64,000 nucleotides of DNA from Octopus bimaculoides (lineage: Eukaryota), in the NCBI RefSeq assembly GCF_001194135.2, contig NC_068989.1:73166981-73230980 (forward strand). The letters run 5' to 3'. Both the position numbers and the translations under genes were made by a program. The notes beneath the pieces were generated by a model. It worked only from the letters and a program-made list of their open reading frames with translations. It ran no database searches and had not been told where the DNA came from. Position 1 is the stretch's first letter, and every line of letters starts with the position of its first letter. This document shows, in pieces, positions 49,752 through 63,480 of this stretch.

Positions 49752-50955
49752 CATATGTNNNNNNNNNNNNNNNNNNNNNNNNNNNNNNNNNNNNNNNNNN
49801 NNNNNNNNNNNNNNNNNNNNNNNNNNNNNNNNNNNNNNNNNNNNNNNNNNNNNNNNNNNNNNNNNNNNNNNNNNNNNNNNNNNNNNNNNNNNNNNNNNNN
49901 NNNNNNNNNNNNNNNNNNNNNNNNNNNNNNNNNNNNNNNNNNNNNNNNNNNNNNNNNNNNNNNNNNNNNNNNNNNNNNNNNNNNNNNNNNNNNNNNNNNN
50001 NNNNNNNNNNNNNTATATTATAATTTCCAATCAAAACTGATGAGTTACTCTTTCACTACTCCAAGTTTCTTGCTTTTGTACTTTCATTCTTTCATTCAAA
50101 GCAACAGAGCTGGTAAAAGAGATGACAGTAAAAGCTGAAACCAGGGTGAGAGGAAGAAAGAAAAGAGTATAAAATGAGGGGGGTTGGGGTGATGTTGTAG
50201 AAGTGGGAGAGCTGAGAGAGAGAGTACTTGAAAAGTAATGAGAAATAATAAAGGCAGAGTGTAATGGGAAAGAGACATTGATGGCAGCAACATGTTTCCA
50301 AGTAAAGGAACCAAATATAAAATAAGTTCTTGATAGCTAGGCTTCATTTGTTGAAAAAAAAAAGCAGTGGCTATTTACTAATTGCCTGTATTTTAAGTTA
50401 TATATATTAATTAAAAAGGTTAAAATATATAAATACCTTCTTTTAGTACATTTTTTGACTTTATGCACAAAATATTTATATTTCCTCTAATGTGTGCCAC
50501 AAGTAAAGATAAGTTTGGGAACCACTGGCCTAGAATTAAAGAAATTTAAAACTTAGGCTATAGTAAACACTAAAATATTATTAGTAAAAAAATAAGAAAC
50601 ATGATAATTAAAGAGATATTTCAAGGTTAAATCAACTTTTAATTCAAAACTGGCTTCCGCTTCAAACTGGAATTAAACATCCAAGTTTTTTCCCCTGCTT
50701 CTACTCTTTGAAACTATTTTGCTATATAAGAGTACGTCTACCAGTGATTCCACACACACATACATACAAACATACATATATGATGGGCTTGGAGGCAGTG
50801 GTGATGCTGGCTGGTGCGATTCTGTAGTTTGCTGGTATGCTGAGAGAGATCCAGTGGGCTCCTAACTGGTTCCCCAATCTTAAAGGTGTAATGTGGATGT
50901 GTAATGATGGAGTGACTGGTATGGTGGTGATGCTAGTTGATGCAGTGGTCTTCCT

Positions 50956-51664
50956 CATAGTACTTCATAGTAGACAATATTTTGTGTGTATATCACACCA
51001 AGTTTTTGGCCTTGTCTGTTATCCCAATTGAGTGTTATAACTCCTACAATGACATTGTTCATAGCTCATGCTCTTGAAAATGCAACATATAAGTGGCCAT
51101 GAGAAAATACCAGTTGAGGCAAATGTATTTCACCTTTGGAAACTGAAGTTTGTTTAGTGTGAATGGAATATTTGCATCACTTGGGCTAAGTTTAATTCTG
51201 GGAATTATAACTGTACGACCTCTTTTGGAACCTGTTACCAATGATGCCTCTACACAATGTTCATGAAGTCTTTGCACTTTCATGCAAGTTCCATTACATA
51301 ATCCTTGACTGATCGAAAGATTTCTTAGCAGCATTACAATAGCCCCTACTTTTGAGTTGAGACGATGAGGAGGCATACCGGATGGAGTGAGTGAGTTTAT
51401 GAATTCAAATGGATAGTTCTGAACCTCCTCTTCATTATTGCAGGACACTGAATCTGTGCTTAAGTACATTTTAAGTACATCTGGTATAATATTTAGAACG
51501 TTTTCATTTATTGCAGGACAGTCAGAATTTTTAGGAGATAAAATTACTCGTTTTTCCATTTCTTCTGGCGTGCAGTTGTTGAAAATGTCTGGGTACAAAT
51601 TGAAATGTAAAAGATGAAATAGATTTATGAATGAAAGTTTGGTAATTGTGTTTTTTCCCACCAT
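50956..51664 (-). mobile_element. Helitron RepHel 3' fragment (PIF1-like helicase C-terminus), inactive
   Basis: ILSPKN, YPFEFINSLTPSGMPPHRLNSKVGAIVMLLRNLSISQGLCNGT, IPRIKLSPSD, LQFP; then in a shifted frame LPQLVFSHGHLYVAFSRA and the terminal TQNIVYYEVL* characteristic of Helitron helicases. Confidence 0.93.
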
Positions 51665-51720
51665 GTGACACTTATTGCAAACATGATTTAACTAAATTAT
51701 ACTATATACACACAAATACA

Positions 51721-51754
<34 letters not shown>

Positions 51755-52170
51755 GAGGTGTTGCTGGGTCAGCCTTGTCATAGTCTGTGTGAGGCTGAAT
51801 CTCCCCGAGAACTACGTTAATGTTATCCTTGTGTGGTAATGAAAAGTGAAATTGACAGCCAATATTTGCTGTCTGAACTTTTCTTTGGATTTATGTATCT
51901 ACTTTCTCTTTCACTTCCTTTGTGTCCTTCTCTTCCACTTTTGATTTACCTATGTGTATATGTATCTATGTATCTACTTCTCTTGCAATGTGATAAACAT
52001 TTAAAAACACAAAACGAATGCCGTCACCACTCACTGTCCCTTTCACTCTCTCTCTCTCACTTCCACTCTCTCGCTTTGCCACTTCAAAGAATTGCGACGC
52101 ACACAATAGGTATATACAAAAACAAAAAGTTAGCGTATTTATATTATTGATAATAATAATAATCCTTTCT

Positions 52171-52600
52171 AAGGCGGTGAGCTGGCAGAATTGTTAGCAC
52201 GCTGGGCGAAATGCTTAGCGGCATTTTGTATGTCTATGTTCTGAGTTCAAATTCTGAAGAGGTCAACTTCGCCTTTCATCCTTTCAGAGTTGATAAATTA
52301 AGTACCAGTTGCTTACTGGGGTCAAACTAATTGACTAGCCCCCCTCTCCAAAAATTTCTAGCCTTGTGCCTAGAGTAGGAAAAAATAATCCTTTCTATTA
52401 TAGGCACAAGGCCTGAAATTGGGGGGGGGGCAGTCAATTAAATCGACCTGAGTACGCAACTGGTACTTAATTTAATCAACCCTGAAAGGATGAAAGGCAA
52501 AGTCGACCTCAGCGGAATTTGAACTCAGAATGTAAAGACAGACAGTATACTGTTAAGCATTTCGACCAGCATGCTAATGGTTCAGCCAGCTCACCACCTT
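52171..52600. repeat. Tail-to-tail inverted pair of family C SINEs (palindrome)
   Basis: + copy 52171-~52386 is immediately followed by a - copy ~52388-52600 ending cagctcaccacctt. Confidence 0.9.
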
Positions 52601-53753
52601 CAATATTAAGAGATAATACATGTATACACAAACACCACAAATAATTAAGCTATAGCATTTGTGCCTTCAACCCTGTACCAACATATAAATTGAGGCTAGC
52701 ACAGTTTAAAAGGGGCAAAGTCAACTAGCAGTGAGGTCACCGAGTACAGGTAACTTATTTCTCACATCTAACTGGATAGGTCACTTCATTGTCAAATGGA
52801 ACAACAGACAGCTATGTACCAGTTCTTGCACTTGTCAGCTTTAGCTGTTTGGGGAGTTGCTTATTTATGTTTTCCTCTTATATTCTTATTTTTCAAAAGA
52901 GAAAGGAGAAATTCCAAAAATAAAAAACATTTAAAAATGGAAATACTTTTATAACCAAATAAGAGAGATTGAGACAGAGAGTGAGTGAGTGAGAGTGAGA
53001 TAGATACAAAAATAGCGAGAGACTCATAAAAATTTTGAGTGTGCATGTATGTACCCACCCAAAAACCTTACGGTATTTGCTACTTTCCTTACATTCTGAG
53101 TTTGAACCCCACCCAAGTTGAATTTGCCTTTTGTAATTTTGAAATAAGTACTAGTTAAGAGCATAGTTTTTATCAACTGACCCCTGTGATCCCATCAAAA
53201 TCTTTAGACTGGAAACAAGTGTTAGAAACCAGTATCATGATTTATAAGTATTAGTGATAGTTAGTAGTGATAGATAGTTAGTGGCATAGTTAGTAGTTGT
53301 TAGTGGACCACATCTGATTCCTATTTCATTACTTATCAAATCCCAAAACTAACTTAAGCAGAATTGAGTAATGCTCCTCATGATTGTGGAGAGAAGATTG
53401 TAAGAACTGAGAGTGGACAAATTATAATGTTTAATAAAAATTAAAATGGTTTAAAACTTGTCCAACAGCCATGGCAAAGAAAGAAAAATTATATGGATGC
53501 AAACTCTGTTGTCCTCTCATAAATAAAGAGAAGGCAATAAATTTGACTGATATATTTATTGATAGGGGATCTGATATGAAATGTGGTACACTTGCCTCTT
53601 TGCAGTTTTTAATAATGACTAAAAATGTAAAACTAGTGAGAAAAGCAAAAAATCTGGGTGTTCAGACAAAAATATTCTGATAAATTTCATAAAGTGAAGA
53701 TGTATTAAAAGAAATTTTCATGATCAGATTTGTGCTGTCTGATGCAATTTATA

Positions 53754-54851
53754 CAAGGTGTTAAAAAAAAAAAAAGACCCAATTTTAAACAGTCATATTT
53801 ACTGAAGAAAATGTTCTACGCAAATGAAACAAAGTACAAAAAGCTCACAAAATCATAAAGCTTCAGAAACATTGTTACAAATGTTCTATGTGCCCTCCAG
53901 CAGTCACATGGACAACATCAAGGTGATAGCAAAATGCATACAAAACACTTTGCAAGGTGTCTTCATCGATTGAAACAATTGCTGCTACTATCCTGTTTTT
54001 AAGCTTATCAAGATCATGGGCTAAAGGAAGAATAAAAACATGTTCCTTAACATATTCCCACAAGAAATAGTTGCATGTTGTCATGTCTGGGGATCTTGGA
54101 GGCCAAGAGTGTAAGGCTGTGTCTAGAGGCCTTGTGTGTCCTATCCAATGTTGAGGCAGGGTGTCATTGAGGAAACACCAGACATTGTTGTGCCAGTGTG
54201 GTGGTACTCCATCTTGCTGGATGATGAAGTTGTCTAAGTCTTCATTAAGCTGTGGAAAGAGTCATGTCTGTAGCATTTCAAGATAGGTTTGTCCACACAT
54301 TTCCTTTTGTCACCAACACGAAGAGCCAGTGCAATTTGTAATCTGTATGGCTTCATGGTCAAACATTGCTTTAACACATGCCACACAGTTGCGTGAAGTA
54401 ATGCAAGTTCTCTGCTAGCACTGCGAGTAGACTTATGCAGGTTTTGCTCAAATGCCTGTTGAATTCTTAGCACAGTTTCCTCAGAAGTGCGTGATTGACC
54501 TGGACTTTTCCCCTAGCACAAACACCCAGTTTCTTCAAACTGCCTATACCAATGACAGATGTTTGTTGACAGTGGTGGATTAACACCAAAAGAGTTATGA
54601 AATGCACACTGAACTGAAATCACTGATTCACTCTTGCTAACTGTAGAATGCAAAATGTCTTCTGTTGAGTGAAGCACATCTTGTCAATTACTAGGGTTTA
54701 CATTGACGATTAAGGCATAGGTTGACCTCTAGCAGCAATTATCTAAAACTGTAGACGATGCCAATTTCAGCCACACATCTTTCAATCACTTGATGCTTAT
54801 AATTTCAAAAGAATTATGTCTAAATTGGCTCATTCTTTTTGAAACACCCTG
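53754..54851 (-). mobile_element. Defective Tc1/mariner-superfamily element with both TIRs and TA TSD (possibly DD41D/Visitor-like)
   Basis: TA|caaggtgtt...acccaattt and aaattggctc...aaacaccctg|TA; ORF pieces KSTRSASRELAL..TVWHVLK..L.MKPYRLQ and FLWEYVKEHVF...L..LKNRI..AI.SIDED.L...GGHIEHL*; catalytic core partly deleted; subfamily call tentative. Confidence 0.85.
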
Positions 54852-57800
54852 TATATTTCATATTTGATTTTCAACTTACTTTCCCGTCCTACTCATCAAT
54901 GAAGTTAGTTACTTACCATTATATATTAGCTTTAAATTTTGACACAAGGCCAATAATTTCAGGGAAGGGTTAAGTTGATTACATCAACCCGGTACTCAAC
55001 TGGTACTTATTTATTGACCACGGAAGGATGAAAGGAAACGTCAACCTTGGTGGAATTTGAACTCAGAACATGAAAATGTACGAAATACTGCTAAGCATTT
55101 TGCTTGGCATACATAATAACTTGCTACCTTGACTTACCATTATATATTATTGATAAAACAATAGAGCCTTTACATGACTACACAACCTGCTAAAAATAAT
55201 AGCCAATTTTCTCTATAATCACACCCTCGTCCTAGATAAGGAATGTCTATAGAAAAGGACTTGGCCATAAGAATAGCTTAATTTAAGTATCAGCAATCAG
55301 TATGAGCTACCTTTCAATTAACAGGCAACAAACAGTTTTAACAGATTGCTATGAGATTGTAAAATGGAAATATGAATCATCAACATCCGGTGGTCATTTA
55401 CAAGTTGACTGACTATCCATGTTTTAACTTGGAGCAAAAAGGAAACAAAACAACATGACAGCTACAACACTGGAATGGTATGTTTAGGAAATAGTTTTCA
55501 CTACTAGCTTCTGCAAATAGGATCATGTTCAATAGAAGTGCATCATTTACAGGTTTCTCTAAGAATGTCAAACACAAAAAATAAAATAAGATAAAATGAA
55601 ATAAAAATAACACAAAAGTTATACTCAGAAAATTGAAAGCAAAAGAATTATTACAGAGAATTTATATCAAGAAAATAAAGAAAAACACAAATTTACAGCA
55701 GAGAGTCTTTACAAAACCCCTAAAAGTAAAAACATTTATAGCAAAATACTGACAGGTAGAAAAGTTAATTTGTTTGAGAGAGGAAAGAAAGAAGAGAGGA
55801 AGAAAAGGTGTAAATGTGGTTTAAAAGTTCAACATAATTATAAAGTTAAGTTTATGCTAGATACATATTATTAACATAAACTGTAAAGTTAGTTTTACAG
55901 TGAATATATTACTATGTAAATAGAAGATAATTAGTGTCTGGTTATCTAGCCTGAATACAAAGTGTAGAAAAGAATTGATAAGCTAGAAAAACAATAAAAA
56001 TGATAGGATATACTGCAAGTCTAACATTCACTAAAACTGTCCTATAGGTAACACGTAATACAGCCAGAGAAATTGAAATTGTCACTGTGATAGAACTTTA
56101 GGGTTAGATATGAAGAGAAAAGAAAAGATCAAAAACAAAATACATTTCCTGACTGACTTTAGCTCTACATTCCATACATCGGTAGATTGGAGGGTTTAGC
56201 AGGATGCCAAACCAAAGTAAAGTATAGCATATCTAGGCTGCTTGACCTATGGGGTTGCAATAAGAGTTGTTTTTAATATTTTTATATATAACATGTGGTA
56301 AACTTTCATGTTGTTGATACAGGGTGCCAATGAATGAGCTTATATCTCATGAACAAAATGAGTTCTTAACCCAGAACAAAATACCATATGGTGTTATTTT
56401 TCTTTGAAAGCCCAGATATTTTTTTTTTCTGATTTTCACATCGATATTCACATCATTTAACATCCATGTTCCATGTTAGCACGTGAGGACAGTTTGATAA
56501 GGTCTTACACTTCTAAGTGCATCATGTTCTGTTTGCTTTGGCATGGATTCTATGATTGGATACCCTTCCTAATGCCAACCACTTAACAGCATGTACTGGA
56601 TGTTTATCATATATATATATATATATANNNNNNNNNNNNNNNNNNNNNNNNNNNNNNNNNNNNNNNNNNNNNNNNNNNNNNNNNNNNNNNNNNNNNNNNN
56701 NNNNNNNNNNNNNNNNNNNNNNNNNNNNNNNNNNNNNNNNNNNNNNNNNNNNNNNNNNNNNNNNNNNNNNNNNNNNNNNNNNNNNNNNNNNNNNNNNNNN
56801 NNNNNNNNNNNNNNNNNNNNNNNNNNNNNNNNNNNNNNNNNNNNNNNNNNNNNNNNNNNNNNNNNNNNNNNNNNNNNNNNNNNNNNNNNNNNNNNNNNNN
56901 NNNNNNNNNNNNNNNNNNNNNNNNNNNNNNNNNNNNNNNNNNNNNNNNNNNNNNNNNNNNNNNNNNNNNNNNNNNNNNNNNNNNNNNNNNNNNNNNNNNN
57001 NNNNNNNNNNNNNNNATATATATATATATATATATATAACTTTCTTTTATCTTTTACTAGTCTCAGTCATTAAACTGCTGCCATGCTGGAGCACCACCTT
57101 GAAGAAATTTTAGTCAAATGAATCAACCCCAGTACTTATTTTGTTTAAAGCCTGGTACTTATTCTATCAGTCTCTTTTGCTGAACAACTAAGTTACGGGG
57201 GATAAAAACACTGACATAGTTTCCAGCTACAAAATCCAATCACAAGGCTTTAGTTGGCTTGGCCATAAGAATAGAAGACAATTGCCCAAGGTACCATACA
57301 GTGGGACTGAATCCAGAACTATGTAGTTGGGAAGTAAGCTTCTCATCACACACGCACATGCAGGCATAGTTGTGTGGTTAAGAACTAAGTGGTTTTGGAT
57401 TCAGTCTCAATGTGTGGCACCTTGGGCAAGATGCTTTTACTATATCTCTGGGTTGTCTAAAGCCTCATGAGAGGATTTGAGAGACGGAAAGTTAAAGAAA
57501 CCCATTGTATGTGTGTGCATGTGTTTGTGTCGATTTGTCTTGACATCAAGTGATAGTTGTAAACAAGTGCCACTGTCACATAAGCAGTGTCATTCGTTTC
57601 CAATCTTCCATGGAAACATGCCCAATCACAGGGAAATATCTTGCATTGAAACAACAAATTCAATCTAAGCCATGCAAGCATAGAAAAGTGGTCGTTAAAA
57701 TAACAATAATGATGACCTTTTTCTCTCTCTCACACAAACAGACATGATAAACTACTGCAGTCTCTGTCTACTTAATTTCACATGCAAGGCTTTGGTCAGC

Positions 57801-58087
57801 TCAAGACTATGAAAGTGGACACTTGACATACTTGTCATACAGTGAAACCAAACCTGGACCCACATAGTTGTGGAGTTAACTTCTGAGCTCTATGACCAGG
57901 CTATAAATACATTATCTAAAGGTCTGTTTGAAGCAGAGCTGTCCAATGTCATTAAGCAACAGAGCAATCCCCAACTAATTAAGAATATGTTAATAAGAGG
58001 CAGAACAAAATGTTATTTTAACAAATTCTTCATTGAACTTAGCAAGCGGCCCATAATTGTAAAAGAATCAGAATACTAGTTGAAAGT

Positions 58088-58093
58088 ATATAT

Positions 58094-58162
<69 letters not shown>
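58088..58162. repeat. (AT)n microsatellite (representative; others near 14422-14466, 23022-23066, 34072-34112)
   Basis: Direct sequence. Confidence 0.95.
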
Positions 58163-58166
<4 letters not shown>

Positions 58167-58816
58167 CTCCATGGTTCAGAATTTATAAAGATTTAATGCT
58201 GGAAATGATTTTAGTTTTAGCAGTCTTGCATAAACAATAAGAAAAAGACAAAACTGTACAAGTTTATCTATCTTTCTAGTAATATCACTGGTAGAATTTG
58301 ATTTTAAAAAAATGACATTTAATAACAAGAACAATAAAATGATTTGGCTGTATCAGAAATGTAATTATAAGACATTGAAATGAATTTGCTATAATGAATG
58401 CGTTGTATAATTACAGACGTTCAACAATGTATATTACTATGCAGAAGGCATCAATCCCAGACATTTACTATCACCTTTTGCACTATATCTGGAAAATTTG
58501 CAGTAAGAAATTCTGCTGTAGAAGAAAATTTGCCCAGAGACAAATCTGCCATATGAACAATTATACCAGCAAAGTTTTTTTAAATAAAGAAAAAAAAAAG
58601 ATGAGATTTTATAAAAGCATTAAATAAGCAAACCTTTATTCAATGACAAATATCGAAAAGCACATAAGGTCAGTCAAAACGAAATTCCTTAGAGCAAATT
58701 TTCCTATGGCAAAAACAATTATGGTAAAATTTCCTATAACCATTTTGTACATTGGTCATATCCACTGCACACAAAATCTGCCAGATATGCATACTCTCCA
58801 TAAGTAGAGATCTTAA

Positions 58817-59038
58817 CCCATTAAGCATTTAAATCAGCCATATCTGGCATCAAATATTCTACTTGTTTTATATTCAAACTGGCCAGATCCAGCCTCTCAC
58901 ACCTAATCTATAATGTCATTTTAAAAGTAAACAATCACGTCATCAAAATCCCGAAACTACAAGATAATGCATGATTAATTCAAAACAATACGAATTAATC
59001 AGCGTTACATTTGATAGAGTAATCTGAATGCTAAAAGA
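58817..59038 (+). mobile_element. piggyBac-like MITE (family P2)
   Basis: TTAA|cccattaagcattt ... aatgctaaaaga|TTAA. Confidence 0.75.
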
Positions 59039-61457
59039 TTAAAATCATCCTGATATCAAGCCAACAAAGGGGCTTCTATGTAGCTACACAACCTGTTAGG
59101 CATAGCTACTAAATCTCCTTCAAAATCCTTAATTGGCAGAGAACAAATTGCCTTGCAGTCTATAATTTACCTATCATCTGTCTATGTATAATAAAATACA
59201 GTATCAATCAAGTACTGGAGTTGATTTATACTCCTACAATGTATCGATGCGAATGGAGTTAAATTAAAAGACTAAGACTACAATGAGCATATACCCAACA
59301 CTGGAAACTTAATCTTTTCTCATCTAAGAAAACTGAAACACAAACATCATCTCAAGAAAGCCAGAAATCTGTTGCCTCACTACTATTGAAGAACACACCG
59401 AGAGAACTTCTATAATTCTTGCGAATGCTGAAACCCAACAATAACCAATATTTCTTCATGGTAACAGTACGTAACTTTGACTGTCTTAACAAAAATCTGA
59501 ATTCCAACAGAAAAAACTTTTTCTTCGTCATCAATGTTAGTTTCTCCAGGTTGCTACTTTAGATAAGAATGGTTTGTATTCTGATGTATTTTCTAAATAT
59601 CTCCATTTCTGAGACTCAATGTCCTCAGATACCTTCACCATTTCTTTGGTCCTTGGCTTACCAAAATATGCTTGATGTTCAGTTTTAAATGAATAGTTTA
59701 ATAGAAAAGTTTGGGGGATGAGAGAGAGTTAGAATGAAGAGGTAGGAGGAGGTCACAAGCTGGTAGCATGTTGGTGGGTGAATGTTTGCTTATATTCTGA
59801 ATGTTTGTTTATGTAACAGCTGTACCATTGTAGAACTATGGCTACCAAGGACCAGCAACCGCTCAAAATTAAAATGCTTAACTGTGAATAAAAGCCCACC
59901 GATTAGACTGCGATAAGAACTGTGCTATATGTGTATGGCTCCTTTGCAAGGTAATTAGAGATTGAGAAACTTAGCACTAAAAGCAAGTATATGAGTTTAA
60001 GGTACATGTCATCCTCGAGTAGGGAGGATGCAGTACTGATATGAGCAGGGATTTTGAAGGGATTAGGCTGTAAGATGCCTATTACAAAATGATAATGGGG
60101 TTTGTTCCCATAGAATCAATCAGTGTCAGGTAGGAAGTATTTAAGTTGTGTATTAACTAATGAAGTATGTAAAAAGTTTATCAAGGAATGAAGGATGTTT
60201 TATTTGTATAAGAGAGTATATGATGGCTAGAGGTAACAGAAATCATATAAAGACCAAAATAGCTGCAACATCATCAGAACACTAGGTTCAGATTCCAAAG
60301 AATATAAACTTTTATGCTCTGATCAAGTCTGCCTCTTTTACAGGCACTATCAGAGCTCTCATATATAAATAGATTAATTTAGACTTAATCTATTGTCCAG
60401 TTTAACATCAACATGTAGCTCTTAAGAACTTTTAGCAGAATCCACATAACAGTAAATATAAATATAAGGTCAGGTATTTGATCTAAAGATAACTTCTTCC
60501 CTTCCTTTCACCAAATGTGGAGGCTTCAAAAATGGTCTTGAAGTGCTACCCTTTCACCTAAGTTTTATATAAATAAATAAGTTTAAATAACAAAAATATG
60601 TCCTGATAATCCAACACTACATAGCACTACAGCAACGTGGGGTGTCTACAGTACATTACCTATCCTATGTCACGTGGACCATTAATTCAAATTTGGATAT
60701 GTACCTAACACTGAAACAGTTGGACAGAGGCCTTACCTGTTTATGTTTAAATTGTGAAATAAGAGTAGTAGCTATTGAGAATCAAGAAAATTATAGCAAA
60801 CAGAACGTACTTTTTATCTTTGCTCAACTAAATGACTATATCAATATTTGAACATATTTAGCCAGCCCAAATGATAACAGCACCTTCTGCTTTCATTGCT
60901 ACCCTCACACGAAGAACAAGGCCTGAAACATTAGGTTGTATACTCCTGACAAACGAACTTACCCAATTCTATCAACCCTTTTGATATGAAATCATCTGAG
61001 ACTACTCTGGTTTTATGATTCAAATATTCTTTTTTTAAAGTGATATAAATTAAAACCACCCATCGAAATTTTAAGTTAATTCGTATTCCAAACAACAGCT
61101 TAATAACAACAAAGTTCTTTTGATAAATTCTTCATTATTTTCAAATTTAATTGACACCAAGGTAGTGTATTTCAGCAGAAATATGGCAATGAAGGGGTTA
61201 ACTGTACTCTTTACCTTCACAGCCTATACGAAGCTGATATGTCAAATGTTATAGAGACATTAGTGGGATAAATAAATAAAAAAAATTAGGCATAAAACAA
61301 GAAATGATTTAATTCTTTTGTAATGTTTCTGTTGAAATATGCTGTCCTAAATTAAATTAGTTTGGTATCAAAATGGTTAATAAATCTACATTATAAAATA
61401 CTGCCAACTAAAAAAATATTAACCTTTTAGCATTCTGATTACTTTGTCAAATGTACC

Positions 61458-62170
61458 ATCATCATCATTTAATATGTTTTCCATGCTGGCATGGGTTGGA
61501 TGGTTTGACTGAAAACTGGTAAGCTGGAGAGCTGTACCAGGTTCCAACCTGATTTGGCATGGTCTCTATGGCTGGATGCCCTTCCTAATGCTAACCACTC
61601 AGAGAGTGTAGTGGGTGCTTTTTACGTGCCACAACTACAATCTCACTTGGCTTGAGAGGTCTTCACAAGCATGGTATATCGCCGAAGGTCTCAGTCACCT
61701 GTTACAGCCTCTGTGAGGCCCAACACTCAAACAGTGCTTTTTACATGCCAGTCAGATGGCACTGACATCAGCCACGACTATGATATCACTTGGCTTGACA
61801 GGTCTTCCCAAGCACAGCATATCGCTCAACGTCTGAAGGGTGCTTTTTATGTGCCAATTATGTAGCACTGGCATTGGCCACACTATGGTCTCATTTGGCT
61901 TGATGGGTTTTTTGAAGCATGACATAATGTCAAAGGTCTTGGTCACTTGTGATGGCCTCCCTGAGGCCCAACATTCAAAGGTCATGATTCACCTCCAGAT
62001 CCCATGTCTTCCTGGATCTACCTCCTCCACAGGTTTCCTCCATCATTAGCATGGCACTTCTTTACACAGCTGTCCTTGCCCATATGCATCACATGACCAC
62101 ACCAGCACAGTCATCTCTCTTGCACACCACATCTCATGCCTCTTATGCCCAACTTTTCTCTCAGGACACT
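61458..62170 (-). mobile_element. 5'-truncated RTE LINE (ORF2 end, duplicated tail units, 3' UTR) inserted in a P2 MITE
   Basis: Minus-strand translation LREKLGIRGMRCGVQER*LCWCGHV...DSCVKKCH...GRSRKTWD; P2 halves at ~61423-61457 and ~62171-62280. Confidence 0.8.
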
Positions 62171-63324
62171 TATGTATTCACATCATTTTCAATTAATCGT
62201 GTATTATTTCATAGCTTTGAGATATCAATGATGTGATTGCTTATTTTTAAAATGACACTGTGGAGTAGGAGTCAGCCTTGTCGATCCCATGACATTCATC
62301 ATGGCTCTATTTTTGACAGTGTCTTACAGCCAGATAGTCTGATGAACTTCCTATTACCAAACTTTTTAGACATTGCCAACAAGAGGCATGTGCCACTTTT
62401 ATGAGAAGTAAACTGCATGAGGTAAAGCTCATCATCAGGCAGACTACAGTAATTTTTCACTGGTGTGCCATTCAGGAAGGCCCACAGACCACAGTTTGCA
62501 CATGATTGTCTTACAACAGGCAAGGACACAGTATCTATTCTAAAATGCACAGTATTGTATAGTGAAGAAAATACAATTGAAATGATTATTATAGATTCTC
62601 TAATGTTAAATTTTATGTATATGTGTGTACATGCTATTTTGTTGTAAAAACATTATGAAATAGCTTATCAATTAGTTGGGTCTTAAGAAGAGCTAATGTA
62701 TGGCTCACTGCAGCTGTTACATTTTCTCTCTCCCTCTTTCTACATTAATGCTTTTCAAACTGTGCAATATGGCACACCAGTACATCTAGGATTTTTAAAA
62801 AATATATAATTAAAAATTTTAGAAAATCCATAATATATAATAAAGGTGGTTTCTTTCTTCAAACTTTTCATATGACATATGCCAGTAATTTGGCTTTTTT
62901 ACTTGGTCAATAACACCAAAATAAAATTACATAAAAAACATGTGAGTAGAGAGAGAGAGAGAGAGAGAGTCTGTGTGTGTGTGTGTGTGTGTGTNNNNNN
63001 NNNNNNNNNNNNNNNNNNNNNNNNNNNNNNNNNNNNNNNNNNNNNNNNNNNNNNNNNNNNNNNNNNNNNNNNNNNNNNNNNNNNNNNNNNNNNNNNNNNN
63101 NNNNNNNNNNNCTGTGTGTGTGTGTGTGTGTGTGCGTGCGTGTGTGTGCGTGCATGCATGTGCGTGTGCGTGTGCGTGTGCGTGCGAGTGAATGATGTGA
63201 TCACAGGATAGTACTAGTTCTGCTGGGCTGGAAATGTCACAAGGCTTACATGCAACAGGTGGACAAGTGCAAATATCAAGTAGAAGCAAGAGAATGAAAA
63301 AAAAGAAAATTCAAAAAAGATCAC

Positions 63325-63480
63325 TCAGAATACCTTTAAGATGACTTGAAGATGACATAGTAAAAATATTTAGGCCCAAATGGAAAAGAAGATACAAAGA
63401 AGGGTAGAATGGAAGCACATTGAGACCTGCAATGTGAAAGAGCATCTGCTGGCGTGATTGATAGAGCCACATATGAGTGT
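63325..63480 (+). mobile_element. Possible degraded LINE ORF2 3' remnant
   Basis: EDDIVKIF.PKWKR resembles the WEDDI....G..W.R..DR..W ends of RTE-type ORF2; several stops. Confidence 0.3.

Noticed and set aside
53245-53305. Short TAGT-rich periodic tract
   Set aside because: Low-complexity degenerate microsatellite with no unique spacers; not CRISPR-like. No CRISPR arrays or prokaryotic features were seen in the window.
59300-59700. Possible LINE endonuclease remnant (DDEEKSFF...ILVIVG) on the minus strand
   Set aside because: Too degraded, with multiple stops, to support a feature call
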